Assembly: GCA_041690135.1 (NCBI GenBank) | Contig: JAWLHY010000002.1 | Location: 592,342-656,341 of the forward strand | From: Armatimonadota bacterium | GTDB taxonomy: Bacteria; Armatimonadota; SYMT01 | DNA: 64,000 nt | Direction of reading: 5' to 3' | Shown here: in pieces, positions 37,433 to 45,511 of the stretch | How positions within the stretch are numbered: the first letter of the stretch is position 1 | Layout of the letters: each line of letters opens with the position of its first letter | Made by a program: the position numbers and the translations under genes | Notes under the pieces: model-generated | Databases searched by the model: none | What the model was told of the DNA's origin: nothing | Seen by the model: only the letters and a program-made list of their open reading frames with translations

Positions 37433-38521
37433 ATGAAGCGCGTTTCCCGCCGATTCCTCATGCTGTGCGCAGCCGGCATCGCCGGATCGTTGCTGGCCGT
37501 GCCCGCACACGCGGCGCGGAAGAGCGATGCCCCCAAGGGCGGCCCTAAGCCCGCTCCCACTCCGGAACCCACTCCCACTCCGGCGCCCGGCCCAGGCCGC
37601 GCGGCGCTGGCAGTCGGCATCAATGATGCGGGTGAGGTGGTCGGTGTGTCCCAGACGGCCGACGGTTACCGGCGAGCTTTTCTGTATCGGAATGGAATGA
37701 TGCAGGACCTGGGGACGCTGCCGGGTACGGAGACCAGCGCAGCCTATGCCATTAACGGCTCCGGACAGGTGGTCGGGTCGGCATTCGATGGCTACGGCTC
37801 TCCGCGCGCCTTCTTTTACGCCGAGGGCTCACTGATGGCCCTGCCCGCACTTCCCGGAGGTTTGCTGGGGCAGGCCCTGGGCGTCAACCGTTACGGGCAG
37901 GCTTGTGGTTGGGCGGAGACGAACACCGCTGCGATCCGCGCGGTGGTGTGGAATAACGGCAGTCCCGTGGATATCGGCGGACTGCCGGGCGCGGTGCGAA
38001 ACCAAGCCAATGCCATTAATGACGCGGGGCTCGTCGCCGGTACGTCGCTGGACGCCTACGGCCGGCAACGTGCTTTCGCGTGGCAGGCGGGCGTCGTTCG
38101 CGACCTGGGCTTGCTTTCCGGGAGTACCCGCAGCGCCGCGATGGGCATCAACAACCTGGGCCAGGTCGTGGGCGCCTGCTATACCGACACCGGCATTCCG
38201 AAGGCGTTCGTCTGGCAGAGCGGCCGGCTGACGGAACTGCCTGCCCCCAAGGGGGCGCGGGGTGCCGTTGCGCAGGGGATCAATGACGCGGGGATTGTTG
38301 TGGGTTATTATCTCGCCTCCAGCGGTACCGCCCGGGCGATCCTCTGGAATGGCGGTAAGGTGACGGATCTCGGGGTGCTGGGGAGCGACGCGCAGAGCCA
38401 GGCACGCGGCATCAACAACGCACGCAAGCCGCAGGTGATCGGCACGTCCGTAAGCAGCACCGGGCACAGCCGCGCCTTCCTGTGGCAGGACGGAAAGTTC
38501 ACCGACCTGGGTTCGTTGTAG
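37433..38521 (+). CDS. HAF-repeat protein with a Tat-type signal peptide
   Basis: MKRVSRRFLMLC...AHA signal, a PTPEPTPTP linker and about seven HAF repeats. Confidence 0.9.
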   Translation: MKRVSRRFLMLCAAGIAGSLLAVPAHAARKSDAPKGGPKPAPTPEPTPTPAPGPGRAALAVGINDAGEVVGVSQTADGYRRAFLYRNGMMQDLGTLPGTETSAAYAINGSGQVVGSAFDGYGSPRAFFYAEGSLMALPALPGGLLGQALGVNRYGQACGWAETNTAAIRAVVWNNGSPVDIGGLPGAVRNQANAINDAGLVAGTSLDAYGRQRAFAWQAGVVRDLGLLSGSTRSAAMGINNLGQVVGACYTDTGIPKAFVWQSGRLTELPAPKGARGAVAQGINDAGIVVGYYLASSGTARAILWNGGKVTDLGVLGSDAQSQARGINNARKPQVIGTSVSSTGHSRAFLWQDGKFTDLGSL

Positions 38522-38529
38522 ACCGGTTC

Positions 38530-39603
38530 TTAGGGTCGATCCCCGAGGCGTTTCAGCACCCTCGGCAGGCGAGCCCCCACGGAACGCAGTTGAGCCCGTC
38601 CCGGCAGCGGTGCGCCGGGACGGGTTCCAGTCTCTAGGCAGGCCTGGATGCGGTTCGGCCAGTGCTCCCGCACTTCGCCCCAAACGCGTGCCGGCGTCCC
38701 CAGGCGCCGGAGATGGCTGCCGCTGAGAACCTCACGCCGGCTTGGGCCGGTGCCCCGTCCCCACTGCGCCAGGACGGTCGTCCGCACCCACTCCGGGTAA
38801 GCTCCGTCCCGCACCTCGCCCGGGCTCGACGAAAGGTCCGCACCCAACAGGTCTCGTGCCAGTTGTAGAGCGGTCCGGATCCACTCCCGCTGGAAAGGCT
38901 CGCCGCGCAGCAGATGGTTCCAGTCGGCCACGCCGTGCGATGGTTCCACGGCCGCGGCCAGATCGCAGAGCCAGAGGGGGCGCCACCCGCCATGGACCAG
39001 GAAATGGAAGGCGAGCACCCGGAGATGATCTTCCGGGCCGGGAATCCGCACCGGACAGCCGTCGACGGTGGCTTCTTCCGCTCGTGATAGGATCTCCTCC
39101 CACTCCGAGGTCGGTAAGACCCGATAGGTGCCTTCTCCAGCGGCGTGAGCTTCCACGGGGAGCGCGGACGCATCGGGGCGGGGCAGCAGGGCGAGGGCGC
39201 GAGGAAGGTCGTCCGGAGAAAAGAGGAGATCGAGGTCGCCGTAAGGACGGAGCCCCGGTTCAGGATAGAGGCGTGCCGCCGCCCACCCTTTGATCAACAG
39301 GAACCGAACGCCCGCCTTGTTGAGGGGCGCCAGGACTTGTGCTATTTCGGTCTCATGCACGGCGGCCTGAAGGGACGCGAGCCGGTAAGCGGATCGAAGC
39401 TCGCGGAGGGCAGGATCCGTGCCGTCCGGCGTATCCCGCAGTCGCCGCCAGAAGAGGGGACCGCAGCCGGTGGCCAGCACCTGGGGCAGTACGCCGGCGA
39501 CCTGCTTCAAGGGGAGGGGCAGCGGTGACGGAGACGGTCTCCAGGACTGGTGAAGCAGGCCCGCGATGGTCTTTCCGGCCTCGATCAGAGTGAATTCAGG
39601 CAC
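38530..39603 (-). CDS. Nucleotidyltransferase family protein (NTP_transf_5-like)
   Basis: LLIKGWAAARLYP.PGLRPYGDLDLL (DxD), VEAH, H...HG..R.LWLCD. The GTG start overlaps the kinase stop; RBS gaggagg. Confidence 0.88.
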   Translation of the reverse strand: MPEFTLIEAGKTIAGLLHQSWRPSPSPLPLPLKQVAGVLPQVLATGCGPLFWRRLRDTPDGTDPALRELRSAYRLASLQAAVHETEIAQVLAPLNKAGVRFLLIKGWAAARLYPEPGLRPYGDLDLLFSPDDLPRALALLPRPDASALPVEAHAAGEGTYRVLPTSEWEEILSRAEEATVDGCPVRIPGPEDHLRVLAFHFLVHGGWRPLWLCDLAAAVEPSHGVADWNHLLRGEPFQREWIRTALQLARDLLGADLSSSPGEVRDGAYPEWVRTTVLAQWGRGTGPSRREVLSGSHLRRLGTPARVWGEVREHWPNRIQACLETGTRPGAPLPGRAQLRSVGARLPRVLKRLGDRP

Positions 39604-40444
39604 GCGCCACCTCCTCCTCGGCGCGTCGGAGGAGCTCTGCCGCGAAGTCGGCGGCCTCGCCCCGGAACCCCCGCAGGCTGACGGCGCCCGCAATCGCCTG
39701 ACGGAGAAAACGGAGTGAGGTGGTGGGACGCCGCCGCGCCGGAACCGTGTGGGCCAGCAGAGCCAGCACCGCCTGACCGGACGAGAGTGCTTCCGGGTTC
39801 CAGGCAGCCCCCTCCCGGTACTCAGTGGAGACCACCAGCCCGATCCGGAGGGGGCGAGAACCCGACACGCCCCCCAGCGCTTCGGGCGGGGTCCGACGCG
39901 GACGTTCATCCAGTCCCTGCCGGATGGAGAGCGGGCGGGGAAAAGGGTGGACCCAGCCGCGAGCATCAAGCACGGCGTATTCGTCGGAATAGTACTCCGC
40001 GCCGGCGCGCACGAGCTCGGCCACGAGCGTGGTCTTCCCCGCGTGACTCTTGCCGGGTATCAAGATGGCGCGCCCCCGCCACCCCACCACCCCGGCGTGC
40101 ACGAAAATACGGCGGGGAGCCCGCTCGGCCACGAAGAGGCTGATATCGGCTTCCAGGGCGTCAAGCGCCTCCTGCAGGTCGAGGCTGCGCGCGATCCGCA
40201 GGTGCTCCGAGTAGGCCAGGTAGAAGCGGCGGGTTCCCGGCCGCCTCCCGGTGAGAGCGGCGTCCTTCGTCCCGCCCGCAGGAGCCGGCGCTCCGCTTCG
40301 GAGGGAGTAGAGGAGGTCGACCTGTGGGGCTTCCGTCGGCCTCCAGCCCGGTGGCAGGCAGGCGCGCAGGGGCGCCAGTAGCTCCGGATCATCTGTCCGC
40401 AGCCCCAGGCGCACGCCATAGCAACTCACGCTTTCTCCGACCAC
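39596..40444 (-). CDS. HPr kinase-related P-loop kinase (HprK-like, RiPP/PqqD-associated type)
   Basis: FVHAGVV, GKSHAGKTT (Walker A), YYSDEYA, PFPRPL. True start uncertain (see the UGA finding). Confidence 0.85.
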   Translation of the reverse strand: MVGESVSCYGVRLGLRTDDPELLAPLRACLPPGWRPTEAPQVDLLYSLRSGAPAPAGGTKDAALTGRRPGTRRFYLAYSEHLRIARSLDLQEALDALEADISLFVAERAPRRIFVHAGVVGWRGRAILIPGKSHAGKTTLVAELVRAGAEYYSDEYAVLDARGWVHPFPRPLSIRQGLDERPRRTPPEALGGVSGSRPLRIGLVVSTEYREGAAWNPEALSSGQAVLALLAHTVPARRRPTTSLRFLRQAIAGAVSLRGFRGEAADFAAELLRRAEEEVARA

Positions 40445-40959
40445 CCAGCCCAGGCGGTCCAGCTTTTGTAGTCAGGCGCTCGTCCGCCGTTGGTAGGGTA
40501 GCGACATAGGCTTGGCTTAACTCTCGCCGGTGGGCGCCCTAAGGAGCGGTTAGCCGGTCCGAAGTTCTCCTACTCTTAATTACCGGTTCGGAAGCCGGGG
40601 GCGTTTGCGATCTCTCCACCGGATCCCATAGGAGCGCGCCTGGGAAGCAGCAAGGGGATGGGGGAATTAACTATACAGTTTGACCGATCGGCACGAGCCC
40701 GTTTCTCCACCCAGATCAGCGAAGCTTGCCGGAGTGACGGCGCCGGGTAACCCGTACGGGGTGTCGGCCTCCCGATGGGAAGCTGTACCTGTTCAGGTAC
40801 TTGCACGGACCCTTGAGATGCAGCCAGCGTGCGGTCTCCGGTTGCCCGTGCTGCATTCTACCACCAGCGCGAAAGGAGGGATGCGCCCAAACAGGGGGAA
40901 CGGTATTCCGGGCCCGGCGCCTCCGGATAGACGCGCGCCGGGCGGGAGAATCGATTCCA

Positions 40960-41727
40960 ATGCCAGATACGAGCATCGCCGCACAGCTTTACACCCTGCG
41001 AGATTTCCTGAAGACCCCCGAGGAGATCGCCCAGTCCCTCTCTAAGGTTGCTGCCCTGGGCTACCGCGCGGTTCAGCTTTCCGCGCTGGGTCCGATCGAT
41101 CCTCATGACCTGAAGAAGATCGCCGAAGATGAAGGGCTGACCATCTGCGCCAACCACGTCAACTTCGAGCAACTGCGCGACAACCTGGACGCCGTCGTGG
41201 CGGAGCACGAGATCCTGGACTGCAAGTACGTGGCGATCGGAAGCATCCCCAATGACTACCGGACGGGAGAGGGCTATCACCAGTTTGCGCGCGAAGCCTC
41301 CGAGGTGGCGAGACGCATGAAGGAGCGGGGCCTCATCTTCGGTTACCACAACCACAGCTTTGAATTGGAGAAGTTCGACGGCAAGACGGGCCTGGAGATC
41401 CTCTACAGTGAAAGCGACCCGGAGGTGTTCACCGCGGAGATCGACACGTACTGGATTCAACATGGCGGGGGAGACCCGGCCTGGTGGATCCGCCGGGTGA
41501 AGGGCCGAAGTCCGCTGGTCCACTTGAAGGACATGGTTATGCGGGGGCGCGAACAATTCATGGCAGAGGTCGGTGAAGGCAACCTGAACTGGCCCGCCAT
41601 TCTCGAGGCCTGCCGCGAGGTGGGGGTCGAGTGGTACATCGTGGAGCAGGATCACACCTACGGCCGCGATCCCTTCGAGTGTCTCGCAACCAGCCTTAAG
41701 AATTTGCAGGGGATGGGACTCGAGTAG
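40960..41727 (+). CDS. Sugar phosphate isomerase/epimerase (xylose-isomerase-like TIM barrel)
   Basis: AQLYTLRD, YHNHSFE, EIDTYW, HLKD, VGEG...W..I, YIVEQD. Confidence 0.92.
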   Translation: MPDTSIAAQLYTLRDFLKTPEEIAQSLSKVAALGYRAVQLSALGPIDPHDLKKIAEDEGLTICANHVNFEQLRDNLDAVVAEHEILDCKYVAIGSIPNDYRTGEGYHQFAREASEVARRMKERGLIFGYHNHSFELEKFDGKTGLEILYSESDPEVFTAEIDTYWIQHGGGDPAWWIRRVKGRSPLVHLKDMVMRGREQFMAEVGEGNLNWPAILEACREVGVEWYIVEQDHTYGRDPFECLATSLKNLQGMGLE

Positions 41728-41866
41728 GATTGGCAGGTTGGCAGGTTGGCAGGTTGAAGGTTGAAGGCAGTGGGCGGTAGGTAGTGAACACAAGCCCAAC
41801 CACGTCCAATCCGTCCGACATTCTCCAACCCGAACGCCCAACGCCTGAACACCCGAACACCCGAAT
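41728..41866 (-). repeat. Composite intergenic repeat, copy B (inverted relative to 14699-14824)
   Basis: Minus strand (cgggtgtt)n + ggttggagaatgtcggacggattggacgtggttggg + ctgccta-like heptamers + (ttcaacc)2 + (tgccaacc)n. Confidence 0.85.
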
Positions 41867-41884
41867 GGCATCCCGGAGGGATTG

Positions 41885-43036
41885 ATGAGCGATATAACCA
41901 CCGCGCGCGATGAAGGGATCCGGCTGCTTCAGGCCGGCGATATGACGGGAGCGCTGAACCTGCTGCGACAGGCTGTATCGCAGAACCCGTCAGACGGGAA
42001 AGCATATGGTTACCTGGGGGTCTGTTACGCCCGCCTGGGAGATTATTCTCTCGCGGTGACGGCCCTCCAGCATTCCGTGCGCCTGATGCCGAACGACCCG
42101 GCGATGCGGTTCAACCTGGGGATGACCCTATTTCAAGCGCAGCGCTACGCGGAAGCCAAGCCGGAGCTGGAATTGGCCCTCTCCCTGAACCCAAACCACA
42201 GCGGCGCTCGCGATCTCCTGGGGCGCATCGCCGGCCTGGGAGCGGCCGCTTTGGCGCCACCAGCTCCGCCACCGGCTCCTCCTGCTACCTCTCCGGCTGG
42301 GTCGGGCGGACTGGGCCAGCCAGCCCAGCCGATGGGCATGGTCTCGGCTCCCACGCCCGCTCCGCTCTCCACCGCCCCCGCCCCGGACTGGAACCCCCCA
42401 CCCAACCCGGGAGCGGGAGCGCCCCCACCGATGCCCTCCTGGACTCCCACTGGGGCGACGACGCCCCCGCCGATGCCTTCGTGGTCTCCGGTGTCCGCCC
42501 CTGCGAATGCCGCCCCGACCGGGGAGTTTCCCCAACCCGGCATGGCTCCTGGGGTCCCGATGGCGCCTGGGGGGATGCCGCCGGCGAGCGGGGCTTTCCC
42601 CCAGAGCCCGCCGGCCGCCGGTGGTCTCCAATACACCCCGGCGGATGCCGGGATTTCCCCGGGGCGAGAGCCGGGAATCGGAAAGCGCCTGCTGCGCGGG
42701 TGGCTGTGGGGTATCGTCTATGGCCAGTGGTGGACGCTGTGGACCGTCATTTCCACCTTCCTCTGGAATGCTGATAAGTTCAACCCCGGCGCGACGTTGG
42801 TCATGGCGTTCATCTACGGGTTCTTTGGTAGTCTCACCGGTATCGTAATCGCGGCCACCAACGCGCGGGAAGGCACCGCAGCCGGGATCGGTGTGGCGGC
42901 CGGCCTTCTGATGATGGGGCTGGAGGTGCTGATCGGGGGCGCCCTGGCCTTCATCAACATCATCTGGTACTTCTTTACCGGCCGCTATGTGGGCGCGGGC
43001 CTGGCTGGGCGCGTGCATTCCCTGATCGACGAATGA
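41885..43036 (+). CDS. TPR-repeat protein with a Pro-rich linker and a C-terminal multi-TM domain
   Basis: Three TPRs (AYGYLGVCY, RFNLGMTL, AL.LNPN), ~130 aa P/A/G linker and about four TM helices. Confidence 0.85.
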   Translation: MSDITTARDEGIRLLQAGDMTGALNLLRQAVSQNPSDGKAYGYLGVCYARLGDYSLAVTALQHSVRLMPNDPAMRFNLGMTLFQAQRYAEAKPELELALSLNPNHSGARDLLGRIAGLGAAALAPPAPPPAPPATSPAGSGGLGQPAQPMGMVSAPTPAPLSTAPAPDWNPPPNPGAGAPPPMPSWTPTGATTPPPMPSWSPVSAPANAAPTGEFPQPGMAPGVPMAPGGMPPASGAFPQSPPAAGGLQYTPADAGISPGREPGIGKRLLRGWLWGIVYGQWWTLWTVISTFLWNADKFNPGATLVMAFIYGFFGSLTGIVIAATNAREGTAAGIGVAAGLLMMGLEVLIGGALAFINIIWYFFTGRYVGAGLAGRVHSLIDE

Positions 43037-45369
43037 CCTGCGCGAGTTGTCTCAAAGCGAACCTGCCGGGGGGAGCCCGGTGCGTCTATTGCGGGATACC
43101 CTTTCCCTCGCTGCCGGACTTCGACTTCGGTGAGGGCGGACCTTCCAGGGTCGGAGCCGCCTCGGAGGGTTCGTCGGACGCCGGCCCCCAGGTGCCGCCG
43201 AAGCGCGGGGTGTCCGCGGGCCTGCTGGTGGGGCTGTTTCTCTTCCTCTTCAAGTGGAAGTCGCTTCTCACCCTGGCGAAGGCGTTTCCCGTGCTGGGCA
43301 GTATGCTGCTCTTTATCTGGGCGGATGCGCAGTTGTTCGGGTGGCAGCTCGGCACGGGGGTCGGGGTCAGCATCCTGATCCACGAGCTGGGGCACGTGGT
43401 GATGAACCGGCGGCATGGGCTCAAGTTCAGCGCGCCCATGTTCATCCCGTTCGTCGGCGCCGTGATTGCGGTGAAGCAGTTTCCCGCCGATCCGAAGGTG
43501 GAGGCCGAGTGTGGGGCCGGGGGGCCCGCGGCGGGTCTGCTCGCGGCGGTGGCGTGCGTGGGCATCGGCCACGTGACGAACCAGCCCGTCTGGATGAGCA
43601 TCGCTTTCCTGGGGTTCGCCATCAACCTGTTCAACATGGTCCCGTTCTGGCAGCTCGACGGAGCCCGCATCTTTTCGGCGATCGGTCCGGGGAACTGGAA
43701 CTTCATCCTGATCGCGCTCTTCCTGATCGTGCTCAAGGCGCCATCGGCCATCGTCTGGGTCTTTCTCGTACTGCTTTTCCTGCTGCGGTTGGGGAGAACG
43801 CAGGAGGGACGCCACAACCTGGCGCTGCCGATCGTCCGCGCCCGGATTGCGGTGGTCTACCTGGGGCTGCTCCTGGCCCTGGCCTACGGGGCCGAACACA
43901 CCCGCAGCGCGCACGAATTCATCTCCCAGGCGCGCGCGGCAGCACCCCTCTCCCGCTCGCTGGACGCTGGTCCGGCCCTGGAAGAGCATGAGGTCAGCCA
44001 ACCGGCGCCTCCTGCTTCCTCGGGTGCGCGACCCGCGCGGGGCCGGACGAGCCCTCCGGGCTGGGTGCCGGCCTTGATGTGGGTCCTGGGCTCGTTCGCC
44101 CTCCTCCTCTCCGTGGTGGTTCTGGGGGTAGTGGCCCTGGCCTGGCCGCTCACCGCGAGCTGGCTGGCGCGCGCGGCCGGGGAACGCCTCCGCAATCGCG
44201 GTCGGAATCTCATCGCGGCCATGTTCGGGGTCCTGGCGGCCCTGGGCGCCTTCACGTTCTGGGGTCTGAATGAGGGCTGGCTCTCGAGCCGCGACGCTCT
44301 GGAGTTGGGGGGAGCCTACCTCGCGGGAATGTTCGCGGCGCTGGCCTTCGCGGGCTACCACGTGACCCACGCCGCCCACCAGGTGGCGCGGCCTCCTCAC
44401 CACTGGCTCACCTGGCGTTGTTTAGGCTGGACGGCGGCCGGCGCCCTGGCGGTGGCCTATGCCGTGGAGAACCTGTGGGTGGTAGCGGCCGTAGCTCTCT
44501 GCGTGGCGGTCTTCTATGCCCAGCGTCCCTGGCTGCTCCCTTCGCTTGCCGCACGCTGGATGGAGGGATTCGGCTACTCGGAGCGCGCCATTGCCCTCCG
44601 GGAGCGCGCGCTGGGCATGAAGCCGCATCCGGAAGTGCTGGGGGATCTTTACGACGGCCTCACGCGCTCCTACCTGAAGCTGGGGCATGGCGACAGGGTG
44701 CTGGACACGCTGAGCCGGGCGACCAACCACGGACCGCAGCCGGACCCGGCCAGTTTTGCGGCCCTGATGCGGGCGTGCTGGCGCGCCCTGGGCCTGGTGC
44801 GGACGGAGCGGTTCGGGGAGGCGCTGGCGCAGTGCGAGGAGATCTTGCGAGCGCCTCAGGGAGACCGCGCCGGTAAGCTCCGGGTCCTCCTGGTGCGGGA
44901 GATTCTGGCGGAGCTGGCCCTCCATCGTGGGTGGCCGGAAGAGGCCCGCTCCCAGGCGGAGGTGGTGCTCCGGGAAACGCCCTCGACCGCCGGCAGCACG
45001 GAGCGATCTTTGATCGCCGGCGCTCGCTGGGTACGCGCGCTCGCGATGGCCACGGAAGGTCGCTCCGATGAAGCGCTGCGGGAGACGGAGCGGGCACTGC
45101 AATGGGGTCGTGAGCCGGAGGCCGAAGTGTCCGCCGCACTGGTGCGCGCGCGAACCGCCCTGGCACGCGGGGAACGCGACGAGGCCCTGCGGGAGGTGCA
45201 GGGCGCGCTGAAGCGGCTGCCGGGTCACCTGGAAGCGCGGTATCAGCAGGCGGTCCTGCTGCGGGAGAACGGCGCACCCGAAGGAATGTCCCAGTTGGCT
45301 GCCCTGGCCCGGCAGTACCCGCACGACCGTTGGGGGCGATTGGCTGCTGCTGCGCATGGCGATGCCTGA
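43033..45369 (+). CDS. Site-2 protease (peptidase M50) with N-terminal CxxC pairs, extra TM segments and a C-terminal TPR region
   Basis: HELGH, GGP and NLFNMVPFWQLDG motifs; N-terminal CASC...CVYC. ATGA overlap with the upstream gene. Confidence 0.9.
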   Translation: MTCASCLKANLPGGARCVYCGIPFPSLPDFDFGEGGPSRVGAASEGSSDAGPQVPPKRGVSAGLLVGLFLFLFKWKSLLTLAKAFPVLGSMLLFIWADAQLFGWQLGTGVGVSILIHELGHVVMNRRHGLKFSAPMFIPFVGAVIAVKQFPADPKVEAECGAGGPAAGLLAAVACVGIGHVTNQPVWMSIAFLGFAINLFNMVPFWQLDGARIFSAIGPGNWNFILIALFLIVLKAPSAIVWVFLVLLFLLRLGRTQEGRHNLALPIVRARIAVVYLGLLLALAYGAEHTRSAHEFISQARAAAPLSRSLDAGPALEEHEVSQPAPPASSGARPARGRTSPPGWVPALMWVLGSFALLLSVVVLGVVALAWPLTASWLARAAGERLRNRGRNLIAAMFGVLAALGAFTFWGLNEGWLSSRDALELGGAYLAGMFAALAFAGYHVTHAAHQVARPPHHWLTWRCLGWTAAGALAVAYAVENLWVVAAVALCVAVFYAQRPWLLPSLAARWMEGFGYSERAIALRERALGMKPHPEVLGDLYDGLTRSYLKLGHGDRVLDTLSRATNHGPQPDPASFAALMRACWRALGLVRTERFGEALAQCEEILRAPQGDRAGKLRVLLVREILAELALHRGWPEEARSQAEVVLRETPSTAGSTERSLIAGARWVRALAMATEGRSDEALRETERALQWGREPEAEVSAALVRARTALARGERDEALREVQGALKRLPGHLEARYQQAVLLRENGAPEGMSQLAALARQYPHDRWGRLAAAAHGDA

Positions 45370-45443
45370 CGGGGGCGTGTAGTAACCGCGCAGGTACGGG
45401 TTCTCCAAGGGAAGCCGACCGGCCCACACTCACCGGCTGTTGA

Positions 45444-45485
45444 AAAACACCGCCCGCCCCCAGCGCTGGGGGCGGGCGGTGTTTT
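45444..45485. terminator. Bidirectional intrinsic terminator (perfect 42-bp palindrome)
   Basis: aaaacaccgcccgcccccagc|gctgggggcgggcggtgtttt, between convergent genes. Confidence 0.9.
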
Positions 45486-45511
45486 GTTGCGGTTATGGAG
45501 TGGTTGGACCC

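Noticed and set aside
32786-40444. Canonical lasso peptide or PQQ biosynthesis cluster
   Set aside because: No lasso cyclase, B2 protease or lasso-type precursor, and no pqqA/B/C/E genes in the window.
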